From an uncultured Rickettsiales bacterium (lineage in GTDB: Bacteria; Pseudomonadota; Alphaproteobacteria; Micavibrionales; GCA-2720935), in NCBI GenBank assembly GCA_950054255.1, contig CATLOR010000001.1:839589-903588 (forward strand): a DNA stretch of 64,000 nucleotides, given 5' to 3'. Every line of letters begins with the position of its first letter. Position 1 is the stretch's first letter. A program made the translations under genes and the position numbers. Below, piece by piece: positions 44,112 through 52,779 of the stretch. Under the pieces are notes generated by a model. That model was not told the origin of the DNA and did not search any database. It saw only the letters and a program-made list of their open reading frames with translations.

Positions 44112-44561
44112 CTACATTTGAGAAATTAAACGCCATTTATGTTCGGCGCTATTTTTTAATGCTTTTTGATGTTGTTGAAATTGCGATCTAGCCAAGTTTG
44201 CGAGTTTATTAAAAGTGATAGCTTCTTTTGAAGGAACTGTGTAGCGGTTATAAGCTTTGTATGCACATGCAAAGGTAAGTGCGATCGCGGTTGTTCCAAT
44301 GATGGTTGTTGTGATTAAAAACAACGAAATTGGCGCTGTGGCAATTTGTTGGAACAGAAGAATACTAGCCCCTGCATAACATAAAGCCATAGAGTTTTTC
44401 GTCGCTTTGTTAAATGAAATATGATTATCAGGTGTTCTTTTTAATAAAGAATTGAAATCATTATAAGCACTTTCTTGATCACCGTTATAGGCGTGCTGTA
44501 TATAGGCGCGAATATCAGCGTTCTTATCTATAAAGGTCATGAATTTATTTTTATAGGTCAT
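44112..44561 (-). CDS. Hypothetical membrane protein (149 aa), paralogue of 47252-47695
   Basis: N-terminal soluble part MTYKNKFMTFIDKNADIRAYIQHAYNGDQESAYNDFNSLL, then two hydrophobic segments. GGGAGG RBS. Confidence 0.55.
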   Translation of the reverse strand: MTYKNKFMTFIDKNADIRAYIQHAYNGDQESAYNDFNSLLKRTPDNHISFNKATKNSMALCYAGASILLFQQIATAPISLFLITTTIIGTTAIALTFACAYKAYNRYTVPSKEAITFNKLANLARSQFQQHQKALKNSAEHKWRLISQM

Positions 44562-44603
44562 GACATACCTCCCTCAACTATAATTTTTTTTATTATTGAG
44601 AAA

Positions 44604-44631
44604 AGTGTACGTGTTTATAGAATAATGTCAA
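44604..44631 (-). promoter_or_regulatory. Sigma70-type promoter candidate
   Basis: Minus strand: TTGACA (44631-44626), 16-nt spacer, TACACT. It starts 8 nt after the valS stop. Confidence 0.45.
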
Positions 44632-44638
44632 TAAATCT

Positions 44639-47122
44639 CTAAAATTCTACAGCGATCTTGAGTGTTGTACCTTCGCAATCATAGTCAGCCACGCCATAAT
44701 CGATCGTTTCAGCGCGCGCAACAGCTTGGATTGAACGTTCCAAATCTTTGATTTGAGAGGCTTCATCATTGGCCGCAGCGCTTGTATCAATCGTCAATTT
44801 CTTAACCTGTGCGGTTGCAGAGAATTGATTTTGTGTACGAAGTTGACGTACGCCACGTAAGATATTCAAAACGAGCTTCATTTCTGGTACGTCTTGATCC
44901 CAGCTTATTTCTGCTTGTGGCCATTGAGTAATATGCAGTGAAACGCTTTCTTCATAAGGCTTGAAAATATTTTGCCACAATTCTTCAGTTACAAACGGTA
45001 AGAATGGTGCAAAAAGACCTAGAAGGGTGCGTAGAGATTCCCATAGCGTAGCTTGCGCACTTGCGCGCGCCTCATCGCTGTAACGATCAGGGTTCCAGAA
45101 ACGGTCTTTAACGATTTCAAGATAGTTATCGCAGAATGTGCCCCAGAAGAAACGCTCTAACGCTTCACGACCCTTTGCGTAGTCGTATTTCTCAAAGCCT
45201 TCGCTCACACGTTTAGTCACTTGGTTTAACTCGTTTAACAACCAACGGTCTTCGGCTGTACGTGTTGTGGCTTCTGGGCGAGGGGCGTTTGGATCAAAAC
45301 CTTCAAGTTGCATGAGGACAAAGCGCGCGGCGTTCCATAGTTTTACAACGAGCTTACGGCCGGCTTTAACGTCTTTTTCGTTATAACGAAGGTCATTCCC
45401 TAATTGTGAGCCAGCAGCCCAGTAACGAAGGGCGTCAGCGCCGTATTTTTCAATAACAGCAGCAGGTTCGTAACGGTTATAGCCATTCGCATCTGTATAG
45501 TTCTCTAAATCACGTTTCGAGATCTTCTTACCTTGCTCATTCAAGCCCCAGCCAGAGATCATAACATCTTTCCAAGGCAGGCTATCTGTGTGAATGTGTG
45601 ATTTGATCACTGTGTAGAATAACCATGTACGGATAATTTCAAAGGCTTGAACTCGGACATTCATCGGATAAAGTTTATCCATAGAGCCATCACGACCTTC
45701 ACTCTCTGCCCAGTTGGCATTGATCAGTGGTGTTAGAGATGACGTCATCCATGTATCCATGACGTCGCTTTCACCGCGTAAGTCATCGGCATTAGCTTTA
45801 TCGCCTTGATATACATCTTCTAATGGATCAACAGGCAGTTGGCTTTCTTCGGCCACAACGGCATTACCGTCTTTGTCATACCAGACAGGGAACGGGACGC
45901 CATAGAAACGTTGACGAGAAATATTCCAGTCATATTTTAAACCATTAATCCAGTCTTCCAAGCGAACACGCATATGATCAGGGAACCATGTGAGTTCTTT
46001 CGCACGTTTAAGCATTTCTTCTTTTAAATCCATGACTTTGATAAACCATTGTGGTTCCATCACGAATTCAACAGGCTTACCAGAACGCTCAGCAATTGAA
46101 ACGGCTTGGTCTGTTGTTTTCTGATCGAGGAGAAGCTCTGCAGCTTTTAAGTCTTTTAAGATGTTCGCACGGGCTTCTTCGACAGGTTTGCCAGCATAAT
46201 CACCTGCAAGTTCAGTCATTTTGCCGTCTTTACCGATCACGATGCGTGTGTCGAGTTTATCAATTTTCCATTTGTTAACGTCTTCGCTATCCCCGAATGT
46301 ACAGCACATCATTAAACCAGTACCAAATTCGAGATCAACATCTTCAGATGTTTTAATAGGCACTTCGTAATTGAAAAGAGGAACGATCGCTGTTTTACCA
46401 ACAAGGTGCTTGTAACGCTCATCATTAGGGTTCACATACAACGCCACACAGCCAGGGATAAGTTCAGGACGTGTGGTTGATATAACAAGTTGAGTGCCAT
46501 CTGGTGCGCTGAAAGCGATATCGTTTAACTTACCTTTACGGTGGAGTGTTTCAAGATCAGCTTGCGCCAACGCAGTTTCAAAATGCGTATCCCAAAGCAC
46601 GGGCTCGTCAGAGCGGTAAATCAAGCCTTTGTTATAAAGATCAAGGAATGATTTTTGAGAAGTTTTACGGCAATGCTCGCCAATTGTCGAATAGTTTTGA
46701 TCCCAGTCCACAGAAAGACCAAGTGAACGCCAAAGCTCTGCATAAGATTGCGCTCCAATACGAGTTTCCTCTTCACACAAAGCACGGAATTCTGAGCGTG
46801 TTGTTTTCTTCTTATTGATTTTATATTTATTTTCAACATAGCGCTCGGTCGGTAGGCCGTTATCATCAAAACCCATTGGGTAATAGATATTCTTGCCTGT
46901 CATACGGTGATAGCGCACCACGAATTCCGCTTGGGAATAAGACATAGCGTGACCAACATGCAAATGCGCCGCAGATACATAAGGAGGAGGCGTGTCGACA
47001 GAGAATGTTTCTTTATCCGAATTTGGATCATATTTGTAAATCTTTGAGTCTTCCCAAAGTGATTTACAGCTTTCTTCTGCTTGTGTGTGGTCGAAATTCT
47101 TATCTAATTCAGGGAAACTCAT
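44639..47122 (-). CDS. valS: Valyl-tRNA synthetase, archaeal/Rickettsia-like type
   Basis: 827 aa class I aaRS. TPPPYVSAAHLHVGHAMSY (HIGH region), YPMGFDDNGLPTERYVE, and a KISKR (KMSKS-like) motif. The N-terminus aligns by eye with my memory of Rickettsia ValRS. It lacks the bacterial-type QPGTDHAGIATQ motif. Confidence 0.8.
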   Translation of the reverse strand: MSFPELDKNFDHTQAEESCKSLWEDSKIYKYDPNSDKETFSVDTPPPYVSAAHLHVGHAMSYSQAEFVVRYHRMTGKNIYYPMGFDDNGLPTERYVENKYKINKKKTTRSEFRALCEEETRIGAQSYAELWRSLGLSVDWDQNYSTIGEHCRKTSQKSFLDLYNKGLIYRSDEPVLWDTHFETALAQADLETLHRKGKLNDIAFSAPDGTQLVISTTRPELIPGCVALYVNPNDERYKHLVGKTAIVPLFNYEVPIKTSEDVDLEFGTGLMMCCTFGDSEDVNKWKIDKLDTRIVIGKDGKMTELAGDYAGKPVEEARANILKDLKAAELLLDQKTTDQAVSIAERSGKPVEFVMEPQWFIKVMDLKEEMLKRAKELTWFPDHMRVRLEDWINGLKYDWNISRQRFYGVPFPVWYDKDGNAVVAEESQLPVDPLEDVYQGDKANADDLRGESDVMDTWMTSSLTPLINANWAESEGRDGSMDKLYPMNVRVQAFEIIRTWLFYTVIKSHIHTDSLPWKDVMISGWGLNEQGKKISKRDLENYTDANGYNRYEPAAVIEKYGADALRYWAAGSQLGNDLRYNEKDVKAGRKLVVKLWNAARFVLMQLEGFDPNAPRPEATTRTAEDRWLLNELNQVTKRVSEGFEKYDYAKGREALERFFWGTFCDNYLEIVKDRFWNPDRYSDEARASAQATLWESLRTLLGLFAPFLPFVTEELWQNIFKPYEESVSLHITQWPQAEISWDQDVPEMKLVLNILRGVRQLRTQNQFSATAQVKKLTIDTSAAANDEASQIKDLERSIQAVARAETIDYGVADYDCEGTTLKIAVEF

Positions 47123-47251
47123 CTCTGATCCATGCCTTTTTCAAAATTAATAGTCTAATGCCACACACTATAATTAAGCTGTGTGCTTAAAACAACCATG
47201 AATTTAGGCTAAAGACCTAGAATTTATATAAGATTATAGCTTTTAAGGCAG

Positions 47252-47695
47252 TTAAATGATTTTTGGCGCAAAGCTAACTACTTTATTTTTGTTAACATAG
47301 GCGTTCGCTTTGGTTTTTAAGTCCTCTAAAGCACGCTTTTCTGGGTTAGGTATGAACGCATTATAAGTGTGCATCATAGCAAAAAAGCCACCTAGATTTA
47401 ACGCGAGCTGAACGCCAGTGTGAAGAGCAGCTGTTGTAAAGCTATTAGCTTCAATTCCCTCTATTGTTCCGCTGATGAAAGGCATTATACAACCAATCTT
47501 AAACCACATACCGAAAAATTCAGAATGGATAGAAGCTTTATTATTGGGCTGTTGATCTCTTAACTTTTGAAAATCAGTATAAGCATTGTCAAAACCATAT
47601 TGTTGGTCGTCTTGATAAGCTGCAATAATCCAAGTTTTAACCTTAGGGTTCTTGTCCAAAAAGGCTTTGAAGTCGTTATGGGTCTTAATTGTCAT
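47252..47695 (-). CDS. Hypothetical membrane protein (147 aa), paralogue of 44112-44561
   Basis: MTIKTHNDFKAFLDKNPKVKTWIIAAYQDDQQYGFDNAYTDFQKL... shares the F..F.DKN....I..AY..DQ....Y.DF..L pattern and hydrophobic C-half with the 149-aa protein. Confidence 0.55.
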   Translation of the reverse strand: MTIKTHNDFKAFLDKNPKVKTWIIAAYQDDQQYGFDNAYTDFQKLRDQQPNNKASIHSEFFGMWFKIGCIMPFISGTIEGIEANSFTTAALHTGVQLALNLGGFFAMMHTYNAFIPNPEKRALEDLKTKANAYVNKNKVVSFAPKII

Positions 47696-47723
47696 TACAA
47701 TGTCTTTCTTTAATTTTTTTCAT

Positions 47724-47752
47724 AATTTAGTGAGCGGGTGTTGATATGTCAA
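47724..47752 (-). promoter_or_regulatory. Sigma70-type promoter candidate
   Basis: Minus strand: TTGACA (47752-47747), 17-nt spacer, TAAATT (47729-47724). Confidence 0.5.
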
Positions 47753-47753
47753 T

Positions 47754-47780
47754 AAAAAAACCCCCATAAATATGAAGGCT
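47754..47780 (-). terminator. Rho-independent terminator after the P/Q-rich protein gene
   Basis: Minus strand: GCCTTCATATTTATGGGGG forms a 7-bp stem (2 G-U pairs) with a 4-nt loop, followed by T7. Confidence 0.5.
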
Positions 47781-47806
47781 TTTTTTGTTTTAAAGTTTAG
47801 GTGTGA

Positions 47807-49576
47807 TTATCTCACATAAATATGGATTTCTGTGCTATCTGCTTCTGTGCTTCTTGAAGCTGAAACGAGCATTTTTCCATTCGGAAGACCCATATTAGAA
47901 AGGGTACGAACAACATCTTCAGCCTTTTGCTTGGCTTGTGTTGTCGCAAGAGCGAGCTCAGCCGATGTCCCTTCATCTGGGGCAACAGCAATCACTTCAA
48001 ATTGTGCATCTGGATTGATGCGGATCGCATCATTTAAGGCGCTGTAAACAGGTTGTTGGTAATCAACATTTTGTTGATTGAAGCGAATAACGGCGAGAGG
48101 GCGCTTGCCTTCTGAACGTAAACGATCAACACCAGCCCCTGAAAGAGGGTCTGTTACACGGCGGTAATATTGGTTTGTTAAGCTACGACCAAAGAGTTCG
48201 CCATTTGTAATACCTGAAGCCAATGTTTGTAGGTTTTTACGCTCGCTAGCAAGATATGCTGTACGGCGGTTGATATCATCTGTGATTTCGTTTAGAAGGC
48301 GGTTGATCACAACAACTGTGTTTGTTACATCATCTTCTAAAATTTCCAAAGAGGCGTGATCTTGCTCAAGAGCTCCAGATAGACCAAATGTCGCACGTGC
48401 TGCTTCTAGTAAAAATTCTGACATATCAGCTTGCGCAGATACGCGTTGTGCAAGTTTTCCTAACGCATCAACATCTTCTGCTAAACGATCTAAGCGATCT
48501 TGAGCAATGTTCCAGCTATTCACCAAACGTGGGTTGCCAGGTGTTGAGCCTGCTTGTAAGCGTGATTGAATCGCCGCTACAACAGCGTAGTAATCAGCAG
48601 ATTGAACTTCTGCAGAAAAACGAACTGTTTCTAACTGGTCTTTTGCAATAGAAATGGCTTCTTGTAATTGTGTAAGATCTGTTCTCATTTCACCGATTTT
48701 ACGGGTAATTAGTGTTTCTTGACCTAATTCATCAATCTCTTCAATTTCAAACATGAAGCCAGGTTGTGGCGCAATATTTGGATAAGGTTGGTCACTCATA
48801 GATTTTGTCGAGCGCGCTGATGGTGTGAATACAGTATCATTACTTGCTGGAAGCTTCGACGTTTCGAAATGGTAAGACGGCATAATACTGCTATAACGAC
48901 TGTAATCAATATCAGGTAAAGGCGGCATCGCATTGCTTGTTTGTGGGGCAGATGTCATACCATTAATTTCAACAGCAGGTGCCATCATTTGTGGCTGATA
49001 CATAGGTTGTTGGAATTGACTTTGTTGATATTGAGGTGGCGTAGGTTGCTCATAAACTGGCTGATAAATAGGCGCAGGCATTGGTTGCGCAGCAGGTGCA
49101 ATGGGTGCCATTGATGTAGCCGAAATAGGGGGCATAGGTGCAGGAACTGTATCTGCACCAATTTGACCAGAATTTTGTGGAAGCAGTGATACGGCTTGTG
49201 CATTTTGTTTTGCCGCGTCATATACCATAGGCGCTGTGCCTAATTGCTGATCGATGCTTTGAATGTTTTTTTGTACATTTGGCGCTGATAAATACGGTTG
49301 TAATTGTGTTGGTGCAGGCATAGCGTCTGCTGGCATTGCCATCATTTGCATTTGTTGTTGAGGCATATAGCCTTGCGCAGGCATTGGTTGTGCGTATCCA
49401 TATGGTGCATAAGGCGCTGGTTGTAGCTGTTGTTGAGCAACAGGATAAACAGGCACAGCATCTGTTGTGTATGCGGGTGCTTGCTGAGCAAGAGCTGTGC
49501 TACTTAGAAAAAGAGCGATCCCACCAGATACGAGTGACTGAGATAAAATACGAAAAGAGCGTTTTGTAGTGTTCAT
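47807..49576 (-). CDS. Exported P/Q/M-rich protein (589 aa) with coiled-coil centre
   Basis: Signal peptide ...ALFLSSTALAQQ. About 200 aa of low-complexity P/Q/M/A/Y-rich sequence, then a helical central region. The C-terminal ~100 aa (FEVIAVAPDEG...AKQKAEDVVRTLSNMGLPNGKM) only weakly recalls the OmpA_C/MotB layout. Confidence 0.6.
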   Translation of the reverse strand: MNTTKRSFRILSQSLVSGGIALFLSSTALAQQAPAYTTDAVPVYPVAQQQLQPAPYAPYGYAQPMPAQGYMPQQQMQMMAMPADAMPAPTQLQPYLSAPNVQKNIQSIDQQLGTAPMVYDAAKQNAQAVSLLPQNSGQIGADTVPAPMPPISATSMAPIAPAAQPMPAPIYQPVYEQPTPPQYQQSQFQQPMYQPQMMAPAVEINGMTSAPQTSNAMPPLPDIDYSRYSSIMPSYHFETSKLPASNDTVFTPSARSTKSMSDQPYPNIAPQPGFMFEIEEIDELGQETLITRKIGEMRTDLTQLQEAISIAKDQLETVRFSAEVQSADYYAVVAAIQSRLQAGSTPGNPRLVNSWNIAQDRLDRLAEDVDALGKLAQRVSAQADMSEFLLEAARATFGLSGALEQDHASLEILEDDVTNTVVVINRLLNEITDDINRRTAYLASERKNLQTLASGITNGELFGRSLTNQYYRRVTDPLSGAGVDRLRSEGKRPLAVIRFNQQNVDYQQPVYSALNDAIRINPDAQFEVIAVAPDEGTSAELALATTQAKQKAEDVVRTLSNMGLPNGKMLVSASRSTEADSTEIHIYVR

Positions 49577-49839
49577 TTGTTTTAAAACCTTAAGCTTGCT
49601 TATAATTATGAATTATAACTCGACATTTGCGTATTATATAAAGTGAAACAAAGGATACGTAAAGTCTTTTTGTAGAATCACGTGATAATACTTCTCAGAT
49701 TCTATCCGCTATTTTTCTTAAAGACAAGCCCTCTGCTAAAGGCTTTTAGGATAAAATGAGATTTTTTGCGTTTTTCGAGAAAAAAAGCTTGTATTGGGTG
49801 CTTTTTTTTAATAAGTTGCAAGTCGTTTTACACAAACAC

Positions 49840-49916
49840 GCACCCGTAGCTCAACTGGATAGAGCATTTGACTACGAATCAAAAGGTTTGGGGTTCGAAT
49901 CCCTACGGGTGCGCCA
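49840..49916 (+). tRNA. tRNA-Arg (anticodon ACG), CCA encoded
   Basis: Manual cloverleaf: acceptor GCACCCG/CGGGTGC, D arm GCTC-AACTGGATA-GAGC, anticodon arm TTTGA-CTACGAA-TCAAA, variable loop AGGTT, T arm TGGGG-TTCGAAT-CCCTA, discriminator G plus CCA. 77 nt. Confidence 0.95.
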
Positions 49917-49941
49917 TTTCCCTTATAATTTTGTCTTTATT

Positions 49942-50799
49942 TTAACTAGGTGTATGGCCTTGGTTTTTGTAATATTGTCTGACGCGGTTTTCTGGATAGA
50001 GATTTTCAGGTACAGTTCTTGACCCTGGTGTGACATCTCTTTGTGGTTTACCTTCTGTTAAAGTGTCAATAAACCCAAGGCGCAATGCTTCGTTTGCATC
50101 ATAAAAAACATCGCTATTAGCTATGCGGCGGACATCTTCCATGCTTAATCCTGAATTTTTAGAAACGATTTCATATAAGTCATCTTGTAGAGTGTTGACG
50201 TGGTTAAGGCTTTGCTCCATGTCATTTGTTTGCCCAAATGTTCCTGCTGAAACCTGATGGATCATAATGCGAGATTCTGGCGTTGCTTCTCGTACATCTC
50301 CAGCTATTAATAAAATGGCAGCCATAGAAGCGGCCATGCCGTCTACTTTTGTATGGATTGGACTTTTGCTTGATTTCATAGCGTTATAAAGTCTTAAACC
50401 AGCATAAACAGACCCGCCACCTGAATTAATAGTGAAGGTGATTGGTTTTGTACTGTCTAAGCTATTGAGAATCTCGATTTCTGTGATAAGTCTATCTACA
50501 CTGGCACTACTCACATTTGTATCTAATGTGATGCGACGTAATTGATAGAGCTCATAGATATCCCATGCTTTTTCATAGTCGCCATCTTCTTCTTCCAAAA
50601 GCTCACCAAAGCTCATTTCGTATAGGGGTTTATCATCAGAAGAACATGATCTTGATCCTAAATTCGAAAAAAGCGGCCCTAATTGTAGGCTTTCAAAGCG
50701 AGGCTCTGCCATATCTGCCATAGCCGTTGTTGTGCCAGTAAAAAATAATGCGCTCGCTAAGAAAATAGATTTTAGGCTTTTGGGTAGAAAACGTTTCAT
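49942..50799 (-). CDS. ClpP-family (S14) serine protease with N-terminal signal peptide
   Basis: Signal peptide MKRFLPKSLKSIFLASALFFTGTTTAMA. ClpP core ITFTINSGGGSVYAGLRLYNAM...DGMAASMAAILL...RIMIHQ...SDVFYDANEALRLGFID. The Ser, His and Asp triad positions are retained. Confidence 0.75.
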   Translation of the reverse strand: MKRFLPKSLKSIFLASALFFTGTTTAMADMAEPRFESLQLGPLFSNLGSRSCSSDDKPLYEMSFGELLEEEDGDYEKAWDIYELYQLRRITLDTNVSSASVDRLITEIEILNSLDSTKPITFTINSGGGSVYAGLRLYNAMKSSKSPIHTKVDGMAASMAAILLIAGDVREATPESRIMIHQVSAGTFGQTNDMEQSLNHVNTLQDDLYEIVSKNSGLSMEDVRRIANSDVFYDANEALRLGFIDTLTEGKPQRDVTPGSRTVPENLYPENRVRQYYKNQGHTPS

Positions 50800-50994
50800 A
50801 TTATAACTCCGTGTTTTATATATTTTTTATTTTTATAAGAAAAGATTTCTGCATGCTGGTGCTCTTAAGTCAAGAAATATTTAAGATTGAAAGAGGTTAG
50901 AGGTAATAAAAATCACTATTTAACTTTATTTTTCGACGCAGATCGGCTTTAATGTGCTCATTAAAATGAGCGCTATTTTATAAGGTATTTAAAG

Positions 50995-52779
50995 ATGAAA
51001 ATATTACCCGCATTATTAACCGAAACATTAAAGACAGCATTTGAAAAAGAAGGGCTCGATAGCTCTGATGTAACTGTTCAAGTGAGTGATCGCCCTGATT
51101 TAGCGGATTTCCAATCTAACTCGGCTTTTGCATTGGCTAAAACAGCCCGTAAAAACCCGCGTGAAATTGCGATGGGGATTATCAATCATATTAAATTGGA
51201 TAATATGTTTGAGCGTGTTGAAGTGGCAGGGCCGGGCTTTATTAACATGGTTATTGCAAAACCTTTTTTAAGCGGGTTAATGAGCAATCAACAACAAGAT
51301 GAGCGTTGCGGCGTTCCTGTATTAAATGACGATCAAACAATCGTTGTTGATTATGGTGGACCTAATGTTGCGAAACCTCTCCATGTAGGGCATTTACGTC
51401 CTGCGATTATTGGCGAGAGTATCAAAAGGGTTTCTCGTTTCATGGGGGCTTACACGCTTGGAGATATTCATTTAGGTGACTGGGGAACACCAATGGGGAT
51501 GCTTATTGCTGAATTAGAAGAGCGTCATCCTGAGTGGGATTATTTCGATATGAATAAGACAGATGGTTTCCCAAGCGAACCTCCTGTTTCTGTTGTAGAG
51601 TTGAACACGCTATATCCTGAGGCGTCAACGCATTTTAAATCAGATGAGGTCTTTGCGGATAAAGCCCGTAAGGCAACAGCAGAACTGCAAGATGGTCGTG
51701 CAGGCTATCGTGCTTTATGGCGTCACTTTTGTACGATTTCATTAGATGCGATGAAAGAGGACTATCATCATTTAAATGTGGATTTTGATCTATGGCTTGG
51801 TGAAAGCGATGTTCATGATCTAATCCCAGAAATGATTGCCGATATGCGAGAAAAGGGGCTCATTGTTGAAAGTGACGGAGCTCTTATTATTCCTGTTGCG
51901 AAAGAAGGGGACAAAGAAGAAATTCCGCCTTTGATTTTGGTTAAAAAAGATGGCGGGTATAATTACGCGACAACAGATCTTGCAACGATTTATGATCGTA
52001 AGAAAAAATATAACCCTGATCGTCTGATTTATGTGGTTGATACTAGGCAATCTCTTCACTTCAAACAAGTGTTCCGTGTCGCTGTAATGGCACGTTATAT
52101 GCGCGAAGATCAAATGGAGCATGCGAATTTCGGTACAATTAATGGGACGGATGGCAAGCCTTATAAAACACGTGATGGTGGTGTGATGCGTTTGGCTAAT
52201 TTGATTAAAGAGGCGAAAGACGAAGCGATTACACAAGCAGGATTTGATGAAAACTCTCAAGATGCGTCTATACAAGAAATGCTTGATGATATTTCTGTGG
52301 CTGCTGTAAAATATGGGGATTTAGCCATTAATCGTCAATCTGATTACGTGTTCGATGTTAAAGCTTTTGTACAATCAGAGGGAAAAACAGGGCCTTATAT
52401 CCAATATGCCTGTGTGCGTATTCAATCGATTTTAGAAAAGGTCGGATCTTTAGATAAGCCAACATCTATTATTGTAGAAGATGACGCAGAAAAGGAATTA
52501 GTGTTAAAATATCTGGAATTTCCAACAATTATGCAGCGTGCATTTGAAACCTCTATGCCGAGTATTTTATGTGAGCATGTTTATTTACTCAGTAAAGCGT
52601 TTAACCGTTTTTATGGCACTTGCTCTGTTGCAAATGAAGCTGATAATGCGACTAAGAATTCTCGTATTACCTTGTGTCAAATGACATTGCGCCAAATGAA
52701 ATTGATTATGGTGGACTTACTTGGGATTGATGTGCCTGAACGTATGTTACGGGCGAGTGATTTAGAGGCGGTGGCGTAG
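50995..52779 (+). CDS. argS: Arginyl-tRNA synthetase
   Basis: 594 aa; GPNVAKPLHVGHLR (HIGH) and full-length ArgRS architecture, ending in the anticodon-binding DALR domain. Confidence 0.95.
   Translation: MKILPALLTETLKTAFEKEGLDSSDVTVQVSDRPDLADFQSNSAFALAKTARKNPREIAMGIINHIKLDNMFERVEVAGPGFINMVIAKPFLSGLMSNQQQDERCGVPVLNDDQTIVVDYGGPNVAKPLHVGHLRPAIIGESIKRVSRFMGAYTLGDIHLGDWGTPMGMLIAELEERHPEWDYFDMNKTDGFPSEPPVSVVELNTLYPEASTHFKSDEVFADKARKATAELQDGRAGYRALWRHFCTISLDAMKEDYHHLNVDFDLWLGESDVHDLIPEMIADMREKGLIVESDGALIIPVAKEGDKEEIPPLILVKKDGGYNYATTDLATIYDRKKKYNPDRLIYVVDTRQSLHFKQVFRVAVMARYMREDQMEHANFGTINGTDGKPYKTRDGGVMRLANLIKEAKDEAITQAGFDENSQDASIQEMLDDISVAAVKYGDLAINRQSDYVFDVKAFVQSEGKTGPYIQYACVRIQSILEKVGSLDKPTSIIVEDDAEKELVLKYLEFPTIMQRAFETSMPSILCEHVYLLSKAFNRFYGTCSVANEADNATKNSRITLCQMTLRQMKLIMVDLLGIDVPERMLRASDLEAVA

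Noticed and set aside
51820-52275. 151-aa minus-strand ORF inside argS, and similar antisense ORFs in the track (for example 8529-8711, 12413-12649, 19131-19334, 57515-57937)
   Set aside because: All lie antisense or out of frame within genes that have strong full-length homology. Their products are low-complexity or Cys/Arg/Ile-rich and have no RBS.
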